From Utricularia gibba (taxonomy: Eukaryota > Plantae > Magnoliophyta): a stretch of 64,000 nt of DNA. Each line of letters starts with the position of its first letter. Positions within the stretch are counted from its first letter, which is position 1. Location of the stretch: NCBI GenBank assembly GCA_002189035.1, contig NEEC01000002.1:806001-870000 (forward strand), read 5' to 3'. Positions 10,548 through 23,836 of the stretch are shown here, piece by piece. Below the pieces are notes generated by a model, which saw only the letters and a list, made by a program, of their open reading frames with translations, was not told the origin of the DNA and did not search any database. The translations under genes and the position numbers were made by a program.

Positions 10548-13500
10548 TGTCGCCGAATCCCTGATTCTCAACTTTGCCAAAAACAGGAGACGCCGCTCTA
10601 GCCACGGCCCGACCGCCACGGGGTGCCCGGAGAGTGCGTGTGGGTATATAAAGTAACAAACGATCACGTTCATAAATAGGGTAAGTACACAAGGAGTAAG
10701 TGGTGTTGTAAAGCATTATAAATTCCGCTACCTAAGAAATTTATGAGGCCATGGTTTTGCACAAGGTGCCTTCTTCCCAAAATAATTAGCATCTAAAAAG
10801 AATCATATTTCAAAAATATGAAAATCGTAAAAAACCGCACAATCTAAGACTCTTTCTAAAACACTTTATACACATAGAAGCCATTCAGAATCAATTTTGT
10901 TAGCTAACCTTCCAAAAATCCAATGATTTAAATATTGATTTATTTTAAAATAAATTATAGGAATCAAGTTTCGTTCAATTCATTTAGAAAAGTATCCACC
11001 TTGTGCTACTCTCTTTCACATTATGACAAAAATTTTACGTACACGATGACCACTTTTCTTATACACTTAAAATACAGGGTGCACTTTGGTAATATACACA
11101 GTTAATTTAGCCGAACTAATGCAGTATCGAGTACGTGAATTTCGGGTGATCCAATTAATTCACAAAGTCCCCATTTTTAGTTATGAATAATAATAATAAC
11201 TAATTAAATTACACCAAGATGTAATAATACCCCCAAGTCCCGACCAGTTCTGTATGAGTTCAATTTTTTTTCCTTTTTGAAATTTGAAGTTTGTACGGAC
11301 AAAAGTGGTCCTTTCCCACAAGACTACAACGCTTTCCTAAGTGGGATGCCGAAGTATCCCTGTTCGCGCCAATTTTAATTTCTCCAGAAAGTTACATTTC
11401 TTTTATTTAATTTGTTACCGAGATAAATAAATATACGCATTTACTTTTTTTATTGTATGGGTCAAAGAATGAAACTAGGAATTACTACGTTCTCTGCTCT
11501 TGTCGCGCGGTCAATATTCCCATTTCTTTTTATTTTTACAGCCTCAGTAAAAAAAAAAAATAATAATTCGGGCATAATAAAGAGGCGTTCGTGTGTGCGG
11601 TCTCGTGTTGCATGCTTTTAGTTTCTTGCACAAGATACTCCCATCACATCAGCATGTAGGTTAAGGATTCTTCAAGTAGAAATAAAATAAAATAAAAATA
11701 ATAGGAAATTATTGGTGATTCTATAAATAGCATGGTATCTTGGATACCGCATGTGATATTTTCATTTCATGATACCCGGACACTTAATGATCCCTTTCCC
11801 TACCAAATCTGATCTCGTGCCCTTTGGATGTCACGTTCGGACCTACTCCGGCACAACCAACCTTATGTTATATGACGAAACTGTAATTTTCGTCGATACA
11901 TAATAGTTAAAAAAATGATTTTAATTTTATTACTATATATTTGATAAGCGATATTAGATGAAAAACATTAATATATCAAAATTTCAAATATATTAATTAA
12001 GATAATATTCATTAGAAATTTATTAGAATAAAATTATCTCATATTTGAATTTTTAAAATAATATAATCAATTATATAAAAGATTATAGGTTACTGATAAT
12101 TAATTGAACCTAAACTTAATTATATTGGAACCATGAACATTACGGTCCAACATGGGTCGGAACCATCGGTTACACGTTGTCGAATCTAATAGAAACCGTA
12201 CGGAAATTGATTTCTTGAAATCGAACAAGAACCGGAATCGACGTCTAGTGGGGAGTTTTGGAAATGCTTTCTAGGGTTCGTCGACTCGATACTAATACAT
12301 AATCACAAATATGTTGTGGGAAGCTGACAAGGAAGAAGGGTATTTACTCCGGTCAGAAGAGAACTGGGCCAAGGCTCGGTGCAGCCATAAATGTGAGCAA
12401 CTGTGGTACACAGAAAAGGGTGAACGGAAAAAAACACACTTCAATGCCCATGAATTCCGCCGGGTCCCCTCCCTGTGCTCTGTCTCAAACAGACATTTGT
12501 TTTTAACTCACTAATGAGACGATCATAAGGTCCTTTTGTGAATTCAATGTGTTCCCAAGATGGGGTCTTACAAACCATGCTGATACACTGAATACGCTTA
12601 CTCCGACTCATCTTTTTGGTGCAGAGAGGTGACGACATCCCTCCAGCAGCAAAGGCCAGCACACTACCGATCAGTCGGGGTTTCGCCAGGTCGACTGCCA
12701 GGTCTTCTGCACACCTACGGCTCTCACAGTCGGAGTACGATCGGGTAACGCCGCTGCGGGTGGATAGATGCTATCAGCAGGGAAACTCACCTCATCTTTT
12801 TGTTGTACTGCGATGACAACATGCAGCTGCTGTAAAGCACCTCCCTCTTCAACCCCTATCACCAAAACAACATATCACGTTAAGTCATTTCAACACATTC
12901 ATTTAGTCTAACCAGATGCTGAACTGATCACGGCTTTGATTTAGGCATTAGGGTTCCGACGAAAATGCGCGCGCACGTCTGATCAGAATTAATTAGCTGA
13001 AGGATTTCAAGGATTTCAGTGCAGGAACATTCCTGTAGGTCAGAGGATAGAGACGCAGTCGCTAATTAATGGCATCGCTGATTACCGTGAGGCAGTTAAA
13101 TACATCACGCCGTTAGGTATATAGTTGAAAAACGAAACAAAAAACCTTTTGCCCCAACACCCGTTGGGTGGACGAGCCCTAGTCGTTTCACGAACCCCGG
13201 TCGCCGGCGACTGTACTCCGATTACCGTAGGCGCGAAATAGGCCTCTCCGCCCTCATCTACCGCCATTTTACAAAATATTGAATGTGAAAGCAACACATT
13301 TACTGTTTCAACTTTCACCCGCATTATCATCGTATTATTTACTTTTTTTAATCAACGGAGTAAATTAAATAAATATTTTATTTTTTTTTAAAAAAATTGT
13401 CAGTGAACGTTCTCAATGCCGTAGAAAAAAGTAAAAAAAAAACCGGTATTCAATGTAGTAATAAATTGCCTCCCGAAAATTTACTCTACACTTTCAAAGT

Positions 13501-14067
13501 TTCAAGTTCTAACATCATACTATATAATTACGGGATTAAATTTTCATATAGTATTTTTAATAATCTAAAACCTATACAATTTTTTTCTGTCAAACACGTA
13601 CTTAGTAAATTTTAATTTATTTTATTTTTTATAAAAAATAATTTCCTGTATATCCTCGAGCATTCACCTTGAATGAAGGAAATCAAAATGGGGAAACCAT
13701 GCCTTGATATGGCATTTCATTAATGTATTTTGCTTGTAATTTAAAAATAATATTTTTTTAGTCCCGCCTTTTTCGGATTATTATTATCCAACTAATTTCC
13801 AATGCGCCTTTCGGGCGGTGACAGTGAATGTGTCCGCCGCGTCCTAAAATTAATAATACATAAAAAATGCATATATCTCAACGCGCTTTCTTTTTTTTTT
13901 TTTTTTTACAAGTGTGCATTTCTAAAAGAGATAAATGGAATAAAATCTTGCAATGCCTTATCCTATAAAATAAAAAGATAATATTTTTTATTCCAATTAT
14001 TTTTTTCAAGCTGCAAACTCGTTTACAATTTACAGGGAAGTGTCCTAACGAGGAAGATGACGAGTAA

Positions 14068-14139
14068 AACGGCGTCGTTATTGTGGCGCCACTGGAGTCG
14101 GGTGGCAAATGGAACGGTGTCGTTTCTGTGACGCCACTG
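14068..14139. repeat. Two direct copies of a 27-nt unit (23/27 identical, period 45 nt)
   Basis: aacggcgtcgttattgtggcgccactg at 14068-14094 and aacggtgtcgtttctgtgacgccactg at 14113-14139. Confidence 0.8.
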
Positions 14140-17100
14140 ATTTTTTTGTGACGTCAGATCGCCTTGTCTTCTTGCCGGGATGGGCCATTGAGCTTTCATT
14201 ACCCGCTTCGCGGGGCTCAGGTTTTTAGGTGACAGGTAATTGCGCTGTCGCATTGTGGGGATTATCATGCAATACTTTATTTTCCGATGGTGGATCGATA
14301 AAGTAGCAGAAACCAGCCATGGAGATTAGGTTTCCAAAAATAAGCAAGACGGATGGGGTTTTAAAAGTGGTAGAAGACGAAAAGGGTGAATCTTTGGCTG
14401 GAAATCAGTGCAAAACAAAGCACTTTGAAGTGATTTGTAAAAGAAGAAGAAGAAGAAGGCAGTAGTAGGGGTTTGGTTATTAAGGCTGCATGGTTCTTCT
14501 CCACCTGCCCTTCTGGCGGCTCATTTAACAGTCAGCAACAAGAAAAAAATGCACCATACTCTGCACAGTCTGCGCCATCACAAATTGCATGCACCCACTC
14601 TGCTCTAGTCGCGTCCTTCATTTTCCACCACAAGGGAAATCGTCCCTTCGGGAGCCTGTCGAGACTGACTTTGTTTTACTTGCATGTTCAGAATCAGCAC
14701 AACGAAATTACAGTTCGAAACTATGGTGCCTGAAAGAAAAGCGAGGATCCAGAGAGACAAGTCCCATGAAGTGTCGTATCAATAGTGTTGGAAAGCTGCA
14801 GAACAAATTAAATGGCAGAAGGATTAAATGAGTGCAAAAGCGAGGGGACGACTGTGAAGGAAGGGCTAAACTCTTAGCCTTGTCTTGCTCTTAAGGATCA
14901 TCACCTCCCCTTTTGCTGCAACCCCCGTTTCCTGCATCCCCCTCTTTTGTTTCATTATCATGTCGCTGCACAGCTTTCTTGCTAACATTTGCTAACGGTT
15001 ATTTTAAAAAATACTCACTTTCAAATGACTATGTGATAAAATTATACATTATGTGTGTAATTTTTTATCTTTAGTATGTGAGAGATAAATACATGATGGA
15101 TACTTTTATAAACTAACCCTCGTTCCCGTGCCTTCTTCCCTCGTTTCTCACAATGACCCACTCCCTTTGGCAAATATTCCCTCCCTAGTGAACACATAAT
15201 GTTGTATATCTTCGAAATTTGCGTATTCAAAATTACGTTTATTTGATAGATAGCTTTCGAAAAGTGAAAAACCCTAGTAAACTTTTAAATTTTTTGAGTC
15301 ATTAGGTTATTAGTATTTGATAACAAAACTGTTTTTTTAAAAAAAACATAATTAAAAAGTATTCCGAATAGAACGTAAGAAGTATACCAATTTTTATTTA
15401 AATACAAATGTATTAATAATTATTGACATTGAACAATAATTAATTAATTAATTAATATATCCGAATAAACTTCCCGTACAATAATTTGGTTGGAGGGGTC
15501 AGAAAATGAAATAATTGTAAAATTATGAGGAGTGAATGCAAAGTTTCTATAATAGAGCCATTAAGCCTGAGGTCACCCGGGCTAACTTTCTATAAATGCA
15601 CTTCCCCCGCGGTGGGAGCCATCACGACACAATTACGTTATGATGATAAAAAAAGAAATTGTACTTCATCTCTTTATATTTACTAAACAGCCGTAGCTCT
15701 ATAATTGGCCATGCCTGCCTCCTCCCGTCTTCTATTAATATTATTTAATTTAAATTCTTTTTATTACTACCAGGACGTGTTGGCCCACGTGCGTCATTGG
15801 GCTAAACTAATAATATTGGGCCCTTCGTCGAACTGGCCCAAACTCAGACAAAGCGGTTGGTTACTCTTCTGGGCTGCAAGAGCAAGGCTGGGATCCACGT
15901 CATCAGATTCCCGACCAATCAACCCAATCCACGCACATGGCGAATTTAAGCGCTACGACCAGAGCAAGTTGGGCCTGACAGATTCGTTTTTTCGTTTCCG
16001 TAAATTTGACCAGTCTTATTTATTCATTTATTTTTAAAAAATATTTAATTTTCTGGAATTAAATATGGATACAGTTAATTTGTATAAAATAAAAAATTTT
16101 CAAAAAAATTGAATGTGTTTTTATAAAGTGATTGTTTAATTAAATACTATTTATTCAAAACGATTGAAAACAATAAATAAATTAGATAATTTAAATATCT
16201 TTATTATAAAAAAAGTATTCACTAATAAAATCGGAGTTTAATTTATTTTTTCGTCTATAAAAAAGTAATTTAATATTCAATTACACAATTTATTTCAATA
16301 AAATTAATCTAATTTTCAAAAGGCGTGATTATGGTGGAATTAAAGTTGGATTAGTAGGGCTCATACGGGTTATTAATTACACAACTACCAAATCACATAT
16401 TGTCAACCATTTCTCTTTTTTTAAAATTTTTCCTTCTTTTTGAATATTATGAAAAAATGGGTAATATTAAATATTTTTTTTTTACACAAGTTTCTGTTGA
16501 TGAATATTAAATATTAGTTTTTAAATAATTGTGCGTTGACTTTGGTATATTAAGAGTCCCCTCTTACGAGTGTATATAATTACAAAATGGACCATCTGGT
16601 TAACAATTTAGCGAAGTGGCCACATGCTCACTTGTCCCTTCTTTCTTCACTATTTACATTTCTACCCCAAAGTGAAACCGCAAATTATGTAATTTATTTT
16701 ATGCTTCTTACAAAAATACTGAATACCCCCTGTGCTAAAATGTAAATATAAACCTTTTGTTGTGGACATTATTTTAAATCGTCCAAAAATCGTAAACCGT
16801 TTACACAATAGTTTGCGAAGTTTAATTTATGATAGTAGTTCATTTTGTATAAAAAAAAACATTAATTTTTTGTATTATAAAAAACATCGAATCATAATTG
16901 AATTTATAGTTAATCATTGAATCACGATTTTTTTTTGAACAATTAAAATTTAATTTAATCGATTTAACAAGATGTTTTATAATATAGTATAGAATATTTA
17001 TATATCAACCTGAATAACCATATTACTTATTAATTTTTTGAGCATATGTATTACATATATAAATAGAGATATCTGTTAATAATATCTCTACCAGTGTATG

Positions 17101-17686
17101 TTTTTGTGTATCTTCGACTCTTATACCTCATACTTATATTTTCATATATTAAATAGATAATTTTTTGTATATATTACAATTTAATATATATATATATATA
17201 TACATTATATTGAAACATAATAATACCCTAATATGAAACGACGTCTTAATGAAATATTCAACATAATTTGAGGAACACAAGTTCTTCATAGTAGTTGCAT
17301 TAGTGTGGGTAATTAGAGTGGATAGTTGCGGGATGGCCACACGAATTAGTACATTTTTTTCCATTGGCGCATTTAGACCAATTTAATACACTAGCTATGC
17401 CCTACTCTAGTGTTAGAAAAAAAACCCTATTTTAGGCAATCTATTTTACGTGCCAAGATAATATATTGTAACATTTTATTTTTTTTTTAATAATTTAAGA
17501 GGTGGAGTTATACTCTACTTGACCCCTCCCGCTTTTACCTTCTAAAATTGACAGTCTCCCGGCGGCGGTTATTCTATTTTACTGTTCACCGTACGCCACC
17601 GTAACCGGGACTCTATTTAAGTTTGCTTCACCCATCTCTTCCTCGGCCCCCCAGACAGACTCCACATTCTCCTCCACCGGAAAGCA

Positions 17687-18582
17687 ATGGCTGCTTCTGG
17701 GTTTCTGTTTTTCTCTCTTCTTCTTGCTTTTCTGTCGACTGGTGACGGCCAGGGTTGGAGCTGGATTCAGGCACACGCTACATTCTACGGTGGGAGTGAT
17801 GCTTCTGGAACAATGGGTATGGTTTGCATTTCGCAGAGCGGCTTTAAAAATGGATCGTTTTCAGTTCGTTTGATTGTTTGAACCAGGGGGAGCTTGTGGG
17901 TATGGGAATCTGTACAGCCAAGGGTACGGCACAGACACAGCGGCATTGAGTACGGCTCTGTTCAACAGCGGTTTGAGCTGCGGCTCCTGCTATGAAATCA
18001 GATGCGTTGCTTCGAGCCAGTGGTGCTTGTCTGGGTCGATCGTGGTCACCGCAACCAATTTTTGCCCGCCGAACAACGCGTTACCCAACAACAACGGCGG
18101 CTGGTGTAATCCCCCATTGGAGCACTTTGATCTTTCTCAGCCCGTTTTCCAACAGATCGCGCGGTACAGAGCTGGAATTGTCCCCGTCGCCTACAGAAGG
18201 TTGGATCTTGATTCGGTGAACGAAATCCCACACGGTGTTCATATATTGTATTCATGAAATCGGGGACGATCGCAGGGTACAGTGCCGGAGGCGGGGCGGA
18301 ATCAGGTTCACCATTAACGGCCACTCGTATTTCAATCTCGTGCTCATCACCAACGTCGGCGGCGCCGGCGACGTCCACGCGGTGGCAGTGAAAGGGTCGA
18401 GGACGGGATGGCAGCCGATGGGGAGGAACTGGGGCCAAAACTGGCAAAGCAACTCGTATCTTGACAGGCAGAGCTTGTCCTTCAAGGTAACCACCAGCGA
18501 CGGGAGGAGCGTGGTGGCCTACGACGTCGTTCCTGCCGGGTGGTCCTTTGGTCAGACATTTTCCGGCCCCGCCCAGTTCTAG
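17687..18582 (+). CDS. EXPA: Alpha-expansin, exons 17687-17816, 17887-18199, 18276-18582 (~249 aa)
   Basis: Signal peptide, HATFYGG, GACGYG, TATNFCP, HFD, RNWGQNW; canonical EXPA intron positions (70 and 76 nt). Confidence 0.95.
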
Positions 18583-19699
18583 AAACACAAAACACTGGCC
18601 GAGGTGCATCCTTTTTCCGTTCCGACTGGAAAATTTGGAAGAGAGAAAGGCGCTCGAGTTTCTAGAAGATGCCTTTTTAACGGTGGCCGAGGTGGATTCC
18701 TTTCTTCCCACCCGCCCCCGCTGCCTGTTTTATTTAATTTATTCTGGTTCAAATTTTCTAATAATAATTTATTACCATATTTTTCGATTTAATCACATAG
18801 TTAGGTAGAATCGAACATAATTTTGGATGACCCGATCATGTCCAATCGGGGCGGTTCTTGAAACGGATCCCTAAATCGGACAGAGTAGGTTGGTTGCCGG
18901 ATAGCTACAAAATTTGCGCCTACAACGAGTAAATATGCACTACATAATTAATGCGAGGAGCGGCTCCGTACAACAATTATCAGCCGACTGCATGATTGGA
19001 TAGCTCTTCTTATTTTGGTTTTTAAACCTTTAAAAAATTTCTCATTTTCTTTTCCGATTCCACACATAATAATAATTATCGAAAAGGGAATTTAGGGTTT
19101 GATTCAATTTCTGATTAAATTTTAAATAAAAATTTAGTCAGAAATTGAGACTAGGAAGATTCCCTGCATCGTTATCGATATATGGGCCTTGTTTGGGGTT
19201 GGTCTTACGGGCCTCGAGACAGCCCAATTCAATACGGGTTTAGATTTATGAGCCTGTGCAATTTGAGGCCCAATATAGGCTTTGAATTGGAGGATTCAGA
19301 GTAGTAGTAAGAGAAGAGAATATACGTACTGCTGCTGCCGGTGATTCGATTGTGGTGTCCCATTTCTCTGCTTGTCACCCTCTTCTTCCTCTGCAGGCAT
19401 TTCATGTCTACGAACAGGGCACAGCCCTTGAATCCTCACCGCTTTCTACACTCTGAGTGAAACCTGTGCCTTCAGGGCATCTTCTTGGCCTTTTCGCCCG
19501 CTTCCCAATCCTCCAAGAAAATAGCGCATGGATCATCGCCGGCCGAAACCTCTATGCATTTGGTATCATGGGTAGACGCCCTGGATGCAGGGGGCGGCCG
19601 CGTTTCTCGCGATCAGGTGTCCCTAGATCATCCTCTTCCGAATCCAGTTCCTGTGATGGCGCCAAAAATCATAGGTCTGCAAGGAAAAGTGGAACCTAG

Positions 19700-20010
19700 A
19701 TGATGCCTTTCAGACGCCATTATCAAACAGAGCAATGAAAGATTTTCAAGAAAGATCTAGAATCTCTCTGCTGCATGAGACAGGCAGGTTATGTGCTGCT
19801 TATCTCCAAGGTTGTATATGTTTGCGGAGGGGAACTACGACACAGAGGTACCATAGTTGTGGTGTCCCTAATCCTTCGTATATTGATTGTATCGTATTTT
19901 CGTTTATAATTCTCCGAGCACCGGAAGTGTTCGATGAATTGCCAAAGAGGAAATATTGAAATCTGGATTTATTGATTCTTGGATTGCGTCATGGTGTTGG
20001 CCTTGGCTGG
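19700..20010 (+). pseudogene. Probable degenerate PLS-class PPR gene relic
   Basis: The fragments EVFDELPKR (19924-19950, followed by an NIEIW-like segment in another frame) and MRQAGYV..VVYVCG (from 19775) resemble PPR S/L motifs. They are broken by stops and frameshifts. Site II motifs (TGGGCC/GGCCCA) lie upstream at ~19180-19275. Confidence 0.45.
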
Positions 20011-21068
20011 CCGGGTGCCATGCCAGTGTCAGAGGTTTGTGTCCATGGTTTTTGTACAGTTGTGGATCAAACAAAAGAAGCTGAGCCGTGGACAAAAATA
20101 CAGGAAGGCGGAAATCTAGAACGAAGCTGTGGGCGATAGCGAATGGAGCGGAGTATTAATTGTTAATTAGGGAGGTGGCAATGTAGAGCCATTGGATTGG
20201 GAAGGTAGCATCGCATCCAACGGCAGAAACAACCAGGGCCTCCGCCAGTTCAAATATTTCCGATGCTCGTATAAATTAATTGATCTTGTCTATTTGTCTG
20301 ATGAAATCTCTAGATGCTCCGAGGCGGATTAAAATGGGGCATACGGAGGGGAAGTAGAATGTGGGATGTGCTGCAAGTCAACGAAACCAGGGACTACCCA
20401 AGACTAAACTAAAAAAAAAAAAAAGCGTCGATTTTTCACGATTTCTTGGCTGGGATTCAACTCCTGATCGATTCCATTCGCTTCGCGAATTCTGGTCTGT
20501 GTTTTTGTTCTTTTTTTTCGCAACGGGTGAGTTTCTCGTTTACTACCTCAATTTGCTCCGCCTATTTATGGTTTTCTGTTGATATAACAATTTGTCCTGT
20601 TTGGGGTTATCTGCTGTGGATTGTCTACGGTTGAATTGCAGGAAATCTGTGATCTTGCTGCCAATGGTAGCGGATCGGAGGATTTCTTTCCCTTTTGTTG
20701 TGCTTTAATATCAGTTTGTCGTGGATTGGGTATGGGCTTTGCTTGATGGGTGTATTTTTGGGGTACTCCGTGGGTGAACTTGATTTTTGGGAGTATGCCG
20801 AGATTGCTTTCTTGTATTTTGATTGAAGAAACTTCTTTTGCTTCGTTAAGCGATCACGCTGGTCTAACGATCGTAGATTCTCAAGGGAACAGGAAATGTG
20901 GATTTTTCAAACTCTTGTTCTGAGGTTGAAAGCTATTATTTATTTTCAATACGGTTTAATTGGATTTTGTTGTGCTGAAATATCCGTTCTCTGGGTGTCT
21001 TAGGTAGGGATTGCCGTGGAAGTCTCTCTAATTTTGACTGTAAGAGGGATCGTATGAATAACTTTTGA

Positions 21069-22700
21069 GTGGGCGAGCACTTGGTGAATATGAGCGAGTT
21101 TTCAAACTCTGAACTTCATGACCCTGACCACCTGGGGTCACACTCAAAGAAGCCGGAAGTGGCAGGGTCCTCATCTGGGGGTGCAGCAGAAGATGGTAAA
21201 CTGGTGGCTACGATAGATGATGATGCAGATGAGGAGGCACCATTGATCGGTATGGGTGAGTGCCGTATTTGCCAGGAGGAAGATTCTATCCAGAATTTGG
21301 AGACCCCTTGTATGTGCAGCGGGAGTCTTAAGGTGGCTGCTCAAGAATTTTTTCGTTCTCTTGTTCTTCAGTCATTCAAATGTTGTTGATCTCGAATTTT
21401 CTGTGGCATGCCTTTCACAGTATGCTCATAGAAAATGTGTCCAGCACTGGTGTAATGAGAAGGGTGACATCACCTGTGAAATTTGTCATCAGGTATCCGA
21501 CCGTTTCTTATTCCTTTGCCAATATGTAGTATCTTAACACATGGGTATGCTCATGCATATTCTTTTTTGCATGTATAACTTCACTTCGTAGTAACTTCAA
21601 AACTCATTCATTCTGGTTATTGCAATATGATATTCTGAACTTCAGCTTTGAAACAGCAATTGTTTGCCTGTTTTCTACGTGATTCACCTGATCTCACACC
21701 GTTCTAATTGTAGCCATATCAGCCTGGTTATAGTGCTCCTCCTCGGCCTGTTTCTGATGAGACAACCATAGATATTGGGTAAGATTTTTTTTTTCTTTTT
21801 TCTCAGCTATATTTTCCCTGGCTTAGATAAGATTCTGGAGAGACTCGTTTTCGTTAACTGTATTGGGACAAGTTTCACAATCTTTGATTTAACAACTCAT
21901 ATTTCTGGGTTTGGCCGTAGGGGAGTATGGCAAATTTCTGGTGCTGCTTTGGATAGTAATGATCCTCGCCTTTTGGCAATCGCTGATGCAGAAGGCCACT
22001 TATTTGATACTGACTATGATGATTATAATGGTGCTAATAGCAGCGGTGCTGCATTTTGCCGTTCAGCCGCTCTAATTGTGAGTCTATGGTACTTATTTAC
22101 TTTTAAATGTAGATTTTTCAACGTATAGTGACTGTAGGGAAGTTTCTATTGAGTACAAAAGTATTGGTACTTTGGATTGCAGTTGATGGCTCTTCTGCTA
22201 CTGAGGCATGCGGTATCCATCACTGATGATGGAGATGGAGAAAACGAAGAAGATGCTGCTGCATTCTTCTCTGTAAGTGACCGCACAATGGCGTTACTTC
22301 TAACTCGATTTTCTTCTGCTCATGTGGCATTGTGAATTTGATTTGCTGAGAAATATTTTTCCACAGCTATTCTTGCTTAGAGTCGTCGGCTTTCTTTTGC
22401 CATGCTATATCATGATGTGGGCGATAAGTATCTTGCAGCGCCGGAGGGAAAGACAGGTAAATATATCCTTGACAAACTTGTGACAATGGCTGCATATAAA
22501 TGACAAACTGATTGGGAAATGGTATACGGGTACAGGAGGCAACTGCTGCAGCTCTAGCAGCAACTCAATTTGCCATCGTTGTTCAGTCAGCTCAAAGCAG
22601 AGGCCTCCTCATGGCTACAGCTGCCCCAGCAGTGACTCCATTGGCAAGTCCATCACATGCCACTTCCTCTCCCATCCCCCCTGAGCTCGATCGCGTTTGA
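21069..22700 (+). CDS. RING-CH (MARCH-like) E3 ubiquitin ligase with DUF3675; 7 exons (21069/21090-21332, 21421-21492, 21714-21778, 21921-22077, 22183-22272, 22367-22456, 22537-22700)
   Basis: CRICQEED...PCMCSGSLKYAHRKCVQHWCNEKGDITCEICH (C4HC3) and CRSAALI.MALLLLRH; GT-AG junctions keep the frame. Confidence 0.9.
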
Positions 22701-23836
22701 TCAATTCAGCTTCAAGGGTCATGAAGACCAAACCGTTGTGGTGAGTTTTCGAAACTTAAGCATTCAACAGACCAACATCCGTGTGTGTGTCGCGGGTAGC
22801 ACAATCAACTAGATTTAAATTGTGTATTCACTGCAAATAACCTTCTACCTGAACTAGAGCTGTCTGTACCCTTGATGTGATATCTGTATCTTCACTGTCA
22901 CAAAACCAGTTTTATTTGTCTTGCGTTGTCTGGTCATTTCTGAGCTCTCATGTTCACTAAACAATCAAGCCTTCTTATGTCATTGTTAGTTGCCATCCAC
23001 TGGAATGCAAGATTTTAAAGTAAAGCATCAGAATGCTCCAATTCGAAGCCTGTCCTGAGGAGTTGTTGGATGAAGCAAAGTGAATAAAGGAAAAGACGGT
23101 CTTCCTGGTTAAATGGGACACAAAAGATGAGTAAAGATATCTCCTTATCTGTATCTTAAAGACAAAGAGCTCCTCCCATCCGATGAAGTTGGAAGAAAAC
23201 AGTAAAACAACATTTGTACTGGCAAAGGATAAATAAAACAATGACTAGAAAACCAGATGTGATTATTTGTATGCGGCTGCATAGAGAAACGAGCTTAGAA
23301 TTCTAAGGCCAGCCAGCTCTCAATTCGCCATAAAGCTAAGTTTGGGTTTTTAAGGAAAAATTCCCTTGCACTACCACTCCCACTTTTTCTTTTTCTGCCT
23401 GGCTGCTCATTACTTCCATCTCTTAGCATCCAAGCAACTCAAATCTACATCTTATCTCCATAGTGTTGAGTGACTTTGCTTCGTGTTGTGTATGGAAGCA
23501 GAGACATGGATAAGTAAAGGAAACCATTGATGCATTCTTCTGTAACTTGACTGATAGAGAGAGGGCAGAGGGTAAAAGAATATGGTTTAACTTATTTGCG
23601 GGGTCATCTTTAATCAACAAAACATGACTCTTCCTTTTTCCATCAGCAGCCTTGGATTTGCTGATTGCGGTACAGATCATGGACCCTCTTTGCTTTAAGA
23701 TCCTATAAATTGGATAGGATGATATCTACAGGTGGGACTTGCATTCAAAAAAACCAACTGCAGTCCTGCTATTGTAGCTAGCCTGTAGGTCTCTTCATCT
23801 GTAGTTATTTACAGGTTTTCACACAGGGCTTGTAGC

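Noticed and set aside
12549-12562. Minus-strand TTGTAAGACCCC matches part of the TAS3 tasiARF, which was tempting with AGO7 nearby
   Set aside because: Only 12 nt match, the TTCTTGACC half is absent, and there are no flanking miR390 sites on that strand.
14642-14652. GTCCCTTCGGG, identical to the U6 snRNA 5' end
   Set aside because: No further U6 sequence (ACAGAGA box) and no USE/TATA promoter.
14968-14981. CACAGCTTTCTTG, the core of miR396
   Set aside because: The ends mismatch and no complementary star arm lies nearby.
21493-21500. Donor gtatcc in RING-CH as a possible U12 intron
   Set aside because: It lacks the full GTATCCTT consensus and a U12 branch point; consistent with U2.
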